DNA of 64,000 bases from Candidatus Multivoradales bacterium (GTDB taxonomy: Bacteria; Acidobacteriota; Thermoanaerobaculia; Multivoradales; JAHEKO01): positions 2,208,001-2,272,000 of the forward strand of contig CBDFIJ010000004.1 of the NCBI GenBank assembly GCA_965248055.1. The letters are read 5' to 3'. The position numbers and the translations under genes are program-made. Positions 22,055 to 30,302 of the stretch are shown here, piece by piece. Position 1 is the stretch's first letter; every line of letters starts with the position of its first letter. The notes under the pieces are model-generated. The model was not told where the DNA came from. It searched no databases and saw only the letters and a program-made list of their open reading frames with translations.

Positions 22055-23097
22055 GGACCACCAGAAAACTTACCACCGGGCTTACTAGTTGTCATTCCAT
22101 AGAGACCTGAAGGGTCAGCAAGAATTCTTCCTATGGCAAGGTCACGATCCGCAGGGGTTACTCCTGCACCAAGGGTTTCACCTCCAAAGCTCAAAGAAGT
22201 TCCAATCTCTTCCTTAACGATTTCGTCCGTGGTCAGGAAGGCGCTGAACTCATCTGCGTACTGAGTAAGATCCAGCGCAGGATTTCCAATACCTGTCGCG
22301 TAGTCCACACTTCCCCAAAATGCGAAGCCGTTCTCGACATGTGTTCCCTCATGCCCAAGGGTAATCAACAAAGAATCCCCACGGTCACCAGTGACAAGTG
22401 TAACCGTCGATATGATGTCCAGGCCGTTGTTGGCGGCGTTACCAACAGCTTGCGTCACTGCTGTTTCGGCCGCTTTCATTTTGTTCACGAAAGTGATCAC
22501 TACTCCATTTCCATCGCCTTGGATGCCCAATGCTGCTGCTGCCGCTTGAGCTCTCGAGCCCTTGCTATTCGCAAGCCGTACTATCTGTTTTGCCACTTGC
22601 TTGGCCGATTTCTCGCATTGCTTAGCGGAGGCCTGTCCGCAATCTATGTCGTACATCCCCGTTGGGTCAACGAACCTCAATGGGTTGTTGATAGCATAGG
22701 AGTATCTATTCCAGGACTGTGGGGCAGTCATGGAGCCCAACACCGGATCAACACTGCCAAACCTCCCCAACCACGGGCTGTAATACCGCGCATGCATGTA
22801 ATCCCAGTCATCGATCGCCCCCGACCCATGGTCGTCCCGTTCATGGCCGGTGAAACCAAGCGTGGTCTCCGGTTCTCCATCTGGGTCAGTGGCTACTTGG
22901 CGACCAAAAGGTAGGTAGTCGCGGGACTCGATGACCTTGCCGTTTTCATCCGTAATTCTGCGCACCGAGCCCAGGTGATCGCTGTGCAGATGGTAAGTAG
23001 TCACCTCTTCACGGGGAATTGCGTTTACCGGTGCAGCGAGGCTGAGAAAGTTGGTGACAATGAGTACAAAAACCAGCAGCGTGGCACGGATTTTCAT
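22051..23097 (-). CDS. Signal-peptide-bearing Rhs-core protein with HExxH metallopeptidase-like toxin C-terminus
   Basis: RBS AGGAGG; MKIRATLLVFVLIVTNFLSLAAPVNA; HSDHLGSVR, FTGHERD, YMHARYY, NRYSYAINNPLRFVDPTG; HEGTH. Confidence 0.85.
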   Translation of the reverse strand: MKIRATLLVFVLIVTNFLSLAAPVNAIPREEVTTYHLHSDHLGSVRRITDENGKVIESRDYLPFGRQVATDPDGEPETTLGFTGHERDDHGSGAIDDWDYMHARYYSPWLGRFGSVDPVLGSMTAPQSWNRYSYAINNPLRFVDPTGMYDIDCGQASAKQCEKSAKQVAKQIVRLANSKGSRAQAAAAALGIQGDGNGVVITFVNKMKAAETAVTQAVGNAANNGLDIISTVTLVTGDRGDSLLITLGHEGTHVENGFAFWGSVDYATGIGNPALDLTQYADEFSAFLTTDEIVKEEIGTSLSFGGETLGAGVTPADRDLAIGRILADPSGLYGMTTSKPGGKFSGGP

Positions 23098-23420
23098 GGC
23101 AGTTCCTCCTTGGACTGAGTTGACAAGATTTCCACTCATCTTCAAATATCTAACCCGCTTCATGGGACCACCACCAATTCCACCTTCTTCATGACGATGG
23201 TCGTCGGATCGCCGTCACTGTGCCACTTTGTGAATTGCAGCCGAATGTCTGAATAGTTCGTAAAACCCGCCACAACGCTGGCTGAGAGAGGTACTGCTTT
23301 GCGTTGGAACGCGGTACCAAAATAGACGTTGGTCCACCACAAAACAGTGTTATTCGGTGCCATGACGTAGAGCCGAACATGCTTCGCCATTAGACCGTTT
23401 TCCACTTTTCCTGTGAGGTA
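22736..23420. repeat. 685-bp near-identical direct repeat, copy 2 (copy 1 at 26059..26743)
   Basis: Covers the 3' end of the PKD/Rhs gene, the spacer, signal peptide and Rhs core up to SVDPVLG; only scattered SNPs. Confidence 0.93.
23160..23420 (-). pseudogene. Duplicated 3' tail of the Rhs/PKD gene, cut by IS3
   Basis: YLTGKVENG...VELVVVP nearly identical to the end of 26483..29008. Confidence 0.85.
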
Positions 23421-23484
23421 TGAGGTGGACCCCACTCGTTGGACAGGTCAGCGGCCGAATTAAGGTGGAATCCGGGGTTCATGG

Positions 23485-24372
23485 TTAAGCCGCTTTCACG
23501 GTCTCAGAGCCGGGGCGGAGCCCCGGATTTGAGACCGTTCGATCTTGATTGTACGCCTCGTCCGGTGTTCGGTCTGCAAGCGACGAGTGCGGTCGCCTCT
23601 GGTTGTAGAAATCCATCCACCAGGAAATGCCCGCTCGGGCTTGTCGGCCATTTTCGTACTCTGACAAGTACACCTGCTCGTACTTGAGTGAGCGCCACAG
23701 ACGCTCGATAAACACGTTGTCCATCCACCGGCCCTTGCCGTCCATCGAGATCTTGATCCCGGCCTCCTTGAGCACTCTGGTGAAATCCGAGCTGGTGAAT
23801 TGGCTGCCCTGGTCGCTGTTGAAAATCTCAGGAGTGCCGTAGCACTCAATCGCCTCCTCCAAGGCCTCGATGCAAAAGTCAGACTCAAGAGTGTTCGACA
23901 GCCGCCAGGAAAGCACCCTGCGGCTGTACCAGTCCATCACCGCAACAAGGTAGAGAAAACCTCGTTTGAGCGGGATGTAGGTGATATCCGTACACCACAC
24001 TTGATTGGGTCGATCGATCACAAGATCGCGTAGCAGATAGGGGTAGATTCGATGCTCCGGATTCGGCGTTGATGTCCGTGGCCGTTGATAAACGGCACGC
24101 AAGCCCATTCGCCGCATCAACCGTTGGACTCGCTTGCGATTGACCTGCAATCCGTCGCGCCTCAGATGGCGCACCATCTGCCGAGAGCCGTAAAACGGCT
24201 TCTTCAGATATTGCTCATCGATCAACCGCATCAGTTTCAGATTTTGTTCCGCCTCTCCTTTGCCTTGGTAGTAGTAAACAGATCGAGACAACGAGACAAG
24301 TTGACATTGCTGGACAACGCTCAAGTCGCCATGCTCGCGTTCAATCAAAGCCTTTCGCCTTGAACGACTCAT
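23485..24372 (-). CDS. IS3 OrfB transposase
   Basis: NQVWCTDITYI, FNSDQGSQF, DNVFIERLW. Confidence 0.92.
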   Translation of the reverse strand: MSRSRRKALIEREHGDLSVVQQCQLVSLSRSVYYYQGKGEAEQNLKLMRLIDEQYLKKPFYGSRQMVRHLRRDGLQVNRKRVQRLMRRMGLRAVYQRPRTSTPNPEHRIYPYLLRDLVIDRPNQVWCTDITYIPLKRGFLYLVAVMDWYSRRVLSWRLSNTLESDFCIEALEEAIECYGTPEIFNSDQGSQFTSSDFTRVLKEAGIKISMDGKGRWMDNVFIERLWRSLKYEQVYLSEYENGRQARAGISWWMDFYNQRRPHSSLADRTPDEAYNQDRTVSNPGLRPGSETVKAA

Positions 24373-24653
24373 CGACTGAACGCTTTGGCTAAAAAATCTC
24401 TCTCCAGCACCAACTCGCCGACCTTGGCTCGAAGATCCTTGATCTCAGATTCCTGAGACGCTTCATGTCGAGTTCCTTGACCTGAAAAACCAGCCACTAC
24501 TTGCTCCCGGGCCTTCTTCTTCCAGTTCGTGATCAATTTCGGATGGACGTTGTATCGAGACGATAACTCCGCGATTGTACGATCGCCCCGAAGAGCTTCA
24601 AGTGCTACACGCGCCTTCAGCTCCGGTGGATAACTGCGTCGTTTCTTTGACAT
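24369..24653 (-). CDS. IS3 OrfA
   Basis: Homologous to 19670..19954. Confidence 0.88.
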   Translation of the reverse strand: MSKKRRSYPPELKARVALEALRGDRTIAELSSRYNVHPKLITNWKKKAREQVVAGFSGQGTRHEASQESEIKDLRAKVGELVLERDFLAKAFSR

Positions 24654-24720
24654 TCCAGACTCCTTTTTGTCTGTCTGGATTCCACCTTAACAACCTGTCC
24701 GAATTTCGGGGTCCACCTCT

Positions 24721-24922
24721 CTGTGCAGGTCCTCGACCACAGAACCAGTGTTCTGGCTGATGTTTTTCTCAATAAACCCGAGCGCTTCGTACGCGGCTGC
24801 CCGAAGCCAAAACCATTACCCGACGCTGTCTGGATTAACCCACCAGATCGGGATCGATCATCGCTTGGCGATGCTCACTAAATTAAAGATGACGTGTGTC
24901 TCATTATCGTTGACAGGTTCCG
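24721..24922 (+). mobile_element. Right-end fragment of the IS3-like element at 49358..50900
   Basis: Near identical to 50700..50900; ends ...gttgacaggttccg. Confidence 0.88.
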
Positions 24923-25506
24923 CTTTGACCACTTACCAACCTCAATTCTCGAAAAATCAACAACTCAAGATCATAGCGAAGCGCGTCGCCCTTCGGCCTT
25001 CCAACCATGAGACTGTAAAGCCAATTGGCAAAAGTCCGCGGAATCTCGCGATCAGCCGACCATTTCTTGGCCAAGTCGATTGCCAAAGATCTGCAGACAG
25101 TCCAGGCTCGCCAGTTTTCCAAATGCTCAAAATCGACGCCCGCTCGTGAAACCATGCGGTCTACGAGATGCGCGGCTGCATTGCGCTTGAACTCCGACTC
25201 CTCCCAATATGGAGCTATCCAATATTTCGAATCCAAGGCTAAATCAACACCTTCTAACCGCATTCGAATGACACCTTCCGCATCCTGGCGAGAAGCTCCA
25301 TGCCACACTCTGAAGTCGCCCTGTCTTTCTACAGCAATGTTCATCTTATTTAGGCCGACCGGAGCGACCTCAATTCGCTCTACGGACGAGCTTTCGAGGC
25401 TCACCACTTTGAGTTCGGCACGGTGGAACCCAGCAAAGGCATCAGCAACCTGTGTCCAGTCCGGACATTCAACTGGAGCATTCCTTCCTACTCTGAGTAT
25501 CGTCAT
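24904..25506 (-). CDS. Putative cytoplasmic immunity protein; 3' end clipped by the IS fragment
   Basis: Starts 26 bp after the toxin stop; no recognisable family; last codons are IS-derived. Confidence 0.55.
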   Translation of the reverse strand: MTILRVGRNAPVECPDWTQVADAFAGFHRAELKVVSLESSSVERIEVAPVGLNKMNIAVERQGDFRVWHGASRQDAEGVIRMRLEGVDLALDSKYWIAPYWEESEFKRNAAAHLVDRMVSRAGVDFEHLENWRAWTVCRSLAIDLAKKWSADREIPRTFANWLYSLMVGRPKGDALRYDLELLIFRELRLVSGQSGTCQR

Positions 25507-25532
25507 GATCTTTTGTCGATTTAATAACTCGA

Positions 25533-26420
25533 TCAGAGTTTGGGGTCCTCTGGTTTTGTAGGTTTCTTGGGTTCGGGCTTTGGAGACGTATCTTCTCCAC
25601 GTTTTCCAAATATCTTGTCAACAAGTTTCTTGACCTTGTTTTTGGCAGCTCCTGCGACAAGCCCTACTACAACCGCTGCTGCATCCACTGCATTCTCCGC
25701 TTCTGATGCACCTCGAACACGATCTTCTATCTCGGATGCCTCTTGGGCCTCGATGCTTTCAGCTGCTCCGGTGCTCGTCTGCCCTTCGGGCATCAATATT
25801 TCACCGGCTTCTCTAACTCGATCACTTAGGGCAGCAACCGCAGAATCGAATGAAGCTCCCACCGAATCAGCCGCCGCTATCGCCTCTCGTTGATAGCTCG
25901 GATTGGCAGTTGTAACAACGGCAACAACACTAACAACGATAAGCCCACCAACAATCAGCGCTACCGCGAACTCGCCATCTGGGTCAGCAAATACGACCGG
26001 ATTATTTCGTCCGTAGGAGTATCGATTCCACGTCTGCGGGATTCTGACATCAGCACTCCCCAACACCGGATCAACACTGCCAAACCTCCCCAACCACGGG
26101 CTGTAATACCGCGCATGCATGTAATCCCAGTCATCGATCGCCCCCGACCCATGGTCATCCCGCTCATGGCCGGTGAAACCAAGCGTGGTCTCCGGTTCTC
26201 CATCTGGGTCAGTGGCTACTTGGCGGCCAAAAGGTAGGTAGTCGCGGGACTCGATGACCTTGCCGTTTTCATCCGTAATTCTGCGCACCGAGCCCAGGTG
26301 ATCGCTGTGCAGATGGTAAGTAGTCACCTCTTCACGGGGAATTGCGTTTACCGGTGCAGCGAGGCTGAGAAAGTTGGTGACAATGAGTACAAAAACCAGC
26401 AGCGTGGCACGGATCTTCAT
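25533..26420 (-). CDS. Signal-peptide-bearing Rhs-core protein with hydrophobic/helical toxin C-terminus
   Basis: Same RBS, signal peptide and core as 22051..23097; after DPDGE come a TM-like FAVALIVGGLIVVSVVAVV and an amphipathic tail. Confidence 0.85.
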   Translation of the reverse strand: MKIRATLLVFVLIVTNFLSLAAPVNAIPREEVTTYHLHSDHLGSVRRITDENGKVIESRDYLPFGRQVATDPDGEPETTLGFTGHERDDHGSGAIDDWDYMHARYYSPWLGRFGSVDPVLGSADVRIPQTWNRYSYGRNNPVVFADPDGEFAVALIVGGLIVVSVVAVVTTANPSYQREAIAAADSVGASFDSAVAALSDRVREAGEILMPEGQTSTGAAESIEAQEASEIEDRVRGASEAENAVDAAAVVVGLVAGAAKNKVKKLVDKIFGKRGEDTSPKPEPKKPTKPEDPKL

Positions 26421-26743
26421 GGCAGTTCCTCCTTGGACTGAGTTGACAAGATTTCTACTCATCTTCAAATATCTAACCCGCTTCATGGGACCACCACCAA
26501 TTCCACCTTCTTCATGACGATGGTCGTCGGATCGCCGTCACTGTGCCACTTTGTGAATTGCAGCCGAATGTCTGAATAGTTCGTAAAACCCGCCACAACG
26601 CTGGCTGAGAGAGGTACTGCTTTGCGTTGGAACGCGGTACCAAAATAGACGTTGGTCCACCACAAAACAGTGTTATTCGGTGCCATAACGTAGAGCCGAG
26701 CATGCTTCGCCGTTAGACCGTTTTCCACTTTTCCTGTGAGGTA
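26059..26743. repeat. 685-bp direct repeat, copy 1
   Basis: Matches 22736..23420. Confidence 0.93.
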
Positions 26744-29008
26744 GACGGTGTGGTCGGTGTCCTTGCCCGGGTCGATCATCGGTGACATGCGCACCCGAAA
26801 GCTGTCGGTGACCCCTGACGACTTCTGGGATCTAACGACGTTGGTATCGTCATCCAATTTCGACCACAACGGACTCACGGCCCAGCCGTCGTTGCTGAGA
26901 TCTGCCACTGGAAGAGCTGTTTGCGTCGACGAAACGGTGAGCGTCGCAGCAATAGAACCCTTCCCGCCATAGGGATTGTTGGCAGCACAGCGATATTGTC
27001 CGGCTTCGCCATTGGCGACATTGCTGATGGTGACGTTTTGAGTTAACACTCCAGAATATTTGCCTCCATTGTTGAGATCGGTCCAAACATTGGATATCTT
27101 CTTTTGCCATTTGTAACTGATCGGATCGGTACCCGTGGCAGCACAGGAGAACGTTGTGTTGGATGCAGGCGCCACTGTGCGTGAAGTTGGATGTTGGGTG
27201 ATCGTCGGCGGAGTGGGGACAGCCACTGTAACCGTTCGGGTAAGACTACTGGTGTCCTGTCCGTCGCTAACTGTTAGACGCACCGTATAGACGCCTTCCG
27301 AGGAGTAGCTATGGGCAACTGCTCCAGTTGAGGCCGTCGTTCCGTCACCAAAATCCCAAGAATAGGTGAGGGGATCACCTTCCGGGTCGGTTGAGCAGTA
27401 GCCGCCAAACGTGTAGTTGTCCCCGACAAGCAATGAGATATCGCCAGCGGGCCTACCAATACACGCCTTAGGTGGAAGATTGGACACTGGGACTTCAAGA
27501 CAAAGCTTTTGTAGAACTACGGTCGTCGGATCGCCATCAGTGTGCCATTTGTTAATTTGTAGCCGGATATCTGAGTAGTTGGTCAACCCTGCGACGGCAG
27601 TAGCGGGTAGCAATACTGCTTTCGTTTGAAACGCGGTGTCAAAATACACATTGGTCCACCATAGAACCGTGTTGTCAGGAGCCATCAGGTAGAGACGGAC
27701 GTGCTTTTCCGCTAGACCATCTTCAACTTTCCCGGTTAAGTAAACAGTGTGGTCCGTATCCTTACCGGGATCCGAAAATGGAGCCAGCCGAACACGGAAA
27801 CTGTCGGTAACACCGCCCGATTTTTGAGATTTCGTCACGTTGGTGTCATCGTCCAGCATTTGCCACACTGGGCTTGGAGCCCAACCATCGCGTGAGAGGT
27901 CGGCAACTGGACAAGATTCCAAGATGGCAAGTACGTCCAACACCGCCGGGTTGGATGGAGCATAATTGCCACAAATAGTGCCAATGTCACAATTTGTCGC
28001 TGTGTTGTGAGTCCAGCATCGGTACTGGCCTTCATGCTCAAAGTTCACGGGATCAATCGTCAGCTGCTTAGTAAAAGACCCGCCAATTGATCCCCCATCA
28101 CTTAGCATGATCCACGCCCCCTCTTGGTAGCTCTGCCATCTATAGGTAATCGGCTCCGTGCCGGTTGCATCGCAACTGAAGGTTACGGCACCACCGGCGG
28201 CCACAGAATCAGAAACCGGATGCTGAGTAATCGAGACAGGAACGCGGTCCTGTACGTTGATGGTAATCACCGCAGTGTCACTTGAGGTTTCATCGCTCAC
28301 CGTCAAGGTTATGGTGTACATGCTAGGCGTCGAATAAACCTTGCCTGAACTTGGTCCATTGGCTGTCGTGCCGTCCCCTAAATCCCACTCGTAGGTTAAG
28401 GGATCGTCTTCTGGATCTGTGGAGCAATCGGCGTTGAAATCGAGTTTTGCTGGTGCGATGTAGAGATCGCCGTCTGAAGGGTAGGAAATGCACGCTGTTG
28501 GAGGCGAGTCTACGATATCGTTCTTAACCGTGGCAATCGGTTGTCCATCACGGAAAATATTGTCGCGTTCCCAAGAGAGGATGAAAGGATCCGGCCCCTC
28601 GTGGGTCAGTTGTCGCAGCACTTTGCCGCCCAACCCGCGTGCGGAAAATGTTTCCACTCTTTGAGCCACTGACCCGTCTTCGGAAGCAACCACTCCGACG
28701 CGCTCATCGTCAGCGTCGTATAAGTAGACTTCTTTCCCGGCGTTGTATTGCCAAGGCATGTTTAAGGGGTCGTACTGATAGGCATTCCCAGAGAAAGCCA
28801 GCAAGTTGCCGGCAGTATCGTAGGTGGCACCCACACCGCCTACATTGGCAATCCTGTTGCTGCTACCGCTAATCGCGATGCTGAGATTCTCAGTTGATCC
28901 AGGGAGAGTGAAGTTGTGCTGTGTGATGTTGCCGTATTGGTCGTAGGTGAGGTTCTCGGTGTATTTTTGGCCACCCGATGTCACCTCTCCCTTCTTGAGC
29001 CGCGACAC
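26483..29008 (-). pseudogene. 5'-truncated Rhs/YD-repeat shell protein with PKD-Ig-X-PKD-Ig-X tail
   Basis: YD repeats (TYDQYGNI, TYDTAGNL, YQYDPLN, YLYDADDERV), RDGQPIATV, WDLGDG/WDFGDG PKD motifs, Ig C...W...YRC, twice-repeated unknown domain. Confidence 0.82.
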
Positions 29009-29387
29009 TGTATGCGTCCATGACATTTGGCACTGATCGGTATGTTCAGCTACGTATTGTAGCGGTGGTCTTTGTCGGTGGCTCCAGTGGGGCCTTTCGG
29101 CGTTAAACCAGAGCATCCAGTCGAAGAGTTTTTGGTTGAAAGCTTGGAGGTCAGTGAAGAGCAAGTCTTCGTTGTAGTCAACGAATTTCTCTTGGATGGT
29201 TCGATTGAATCTCTCGGCTTGGGCGTTCATCTTCGGGCACCTGGGGTAGGTGTACCAGCGTTTGATTCCAGCCTCAGCAGCTTTCTTGTCGAAGGCTCCT
29301 TGAAACTCACTACCGTTGTCTGAGAGCACGGTAGTAACAGCAAATGGCAAGACATCAAGGCTCAGGTCCAGAAAGCGCGCTGCCGTG
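29009..29387 (-). mobile_element. IS481-family 3' fragment
   Basis: SDNGSEF, PKMNAQAERFNRTIQE, FNAERPH; ends ...gcataca at 29009; frame reads through into the Rhs remnant. Confidence 0.8.
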
Positions 29388-29799
29388 GGATGTGTCCCGA
29401 ATCTTGTGGAAATTGGTATTTGGCGTAGCGTCTCCCGCGGTCAGGTTTAGTTGATTCTAGTGCTACGCGGCTGCTTGACGGTCAAGCATCCGGTGCAAGT
29501 CTTGGTAGCCGTTGATGCGGTGCATCCTGATCTGACCGAAAGCGACGAGTCCCCAGAGCAAAGTGACACCAGCTGCCTCAGTCGAGAATGAGCCTTGGGT
29601 CTTGGTACGGCGCCGAAACTCACGGTTGAGATTCTCCAGCGCGTTGGTGGTCCTTGTGGATCGCCACAACGATCTCGGTAAATCGTAGAAAGTGATCAGT
29701 TCCATCCCAGCCTCTTGGAAGCTCCTGGCTACTGCGGGCACCAGCTTGGACCACGGAGGTTACGCCTTTATCAATTTCCACAACAATCGGGACCGATCC
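29388..29799 (-). mobile_element. Internally deleted IS256 derivative (412 bp, both IRs kept)
   Basis: Matches 16038-~16403 fused directly to ~20259-20304. Confidence 0.88.
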
Positions 29800-30239
29800 T
29801 GGATCTTCTGCCGCTTGCTATCCATGAAAATCAAAGCCTATTCATCCTGACTCACCGTTCGGGCCTTCGGTCTCCTGAAAAAAAACCTACTATGCCCTCT
29901 GCTGACTTCTGCGATGCGGTCAAAGCACCTCACGGTGCTCTCAGTCCCCTTTGCAAGAGACACATCGCAGACCTCCCGAGGTAAGTTCAAACCACCTTCA
30001 CCGCACATACGCCGGATTTACAGCCCAGACGCTTGATCGGTATGGACTTTGTGACCTCTTGCTCACTCGTCCCACCTGGACTGCCTCGTATCCGATTCCC
30101 GTTCGTCGTGTCGCGGTTTTGCTCCACACTGCCTTCAGACCAGACCTCACGATCTCGCCCTTGTGCTTCGCTAGCACTTCACCTCCATCTGGTTGTGCAG
30201 GGACTCGCACCCATAAGTTGTTGAACATGCTCGGCACAC
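29800..30239 (-). ncRNA. Group IIC intron, 5' portion (truncated; RT ORF cut after MDSKRQKIQ)
   Basis: 5' end GTGTGCCGAGCATG directly after a terminator; class C-like signatures (GAAGTCAGCAGAGGGCATAGTAG); ORF start at 29825 cut by the IS256 end. Confidence 0.85.
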
Positions 30240-30268
30240 AAAAAAGGGCCCTCCTGAGGAGGGCCCTT
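30240..30268 (-). terminator. Rho-independent terminator of the TBDR gene; intron target site
   Basis: aagggccctcct-c-aggagggccctt hairpin followed by a T-run. Confidence 0.88.
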
Positions 30269-30302
30269 AATAACTTCTTTGAAAAGTTGTACTAACTCGA
30301 AG

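Larger units (their letters stand above)
23421..24720 (-). mobile_element. IS3-family element (diverged relative of 18722..20021)
   Basis: Same IR type; flanks differ (GTA vs CTG), so no target duplication. Confidence 0.9.

Noticed and set aside
22051-23163. Longer starts (MKRVRYLK...) for the Rhs-core genes, here and at 26486
   Set aside because: AGGAGG sits just before MKIRAT, which gives a typical signal peptide. The upstream ATGA-coupled start cannot be fully excluded.
26483-29350. 955-aa ORF as a native integrase-adhesin protein
   Set aside because: The junction coincides with the IS481 terminal ACA at 29009, so it is a chimera.
29951-30295. Short ORFs over this interval
   Set aside because: They overlap the group II intron RNA and have no protein motifs.
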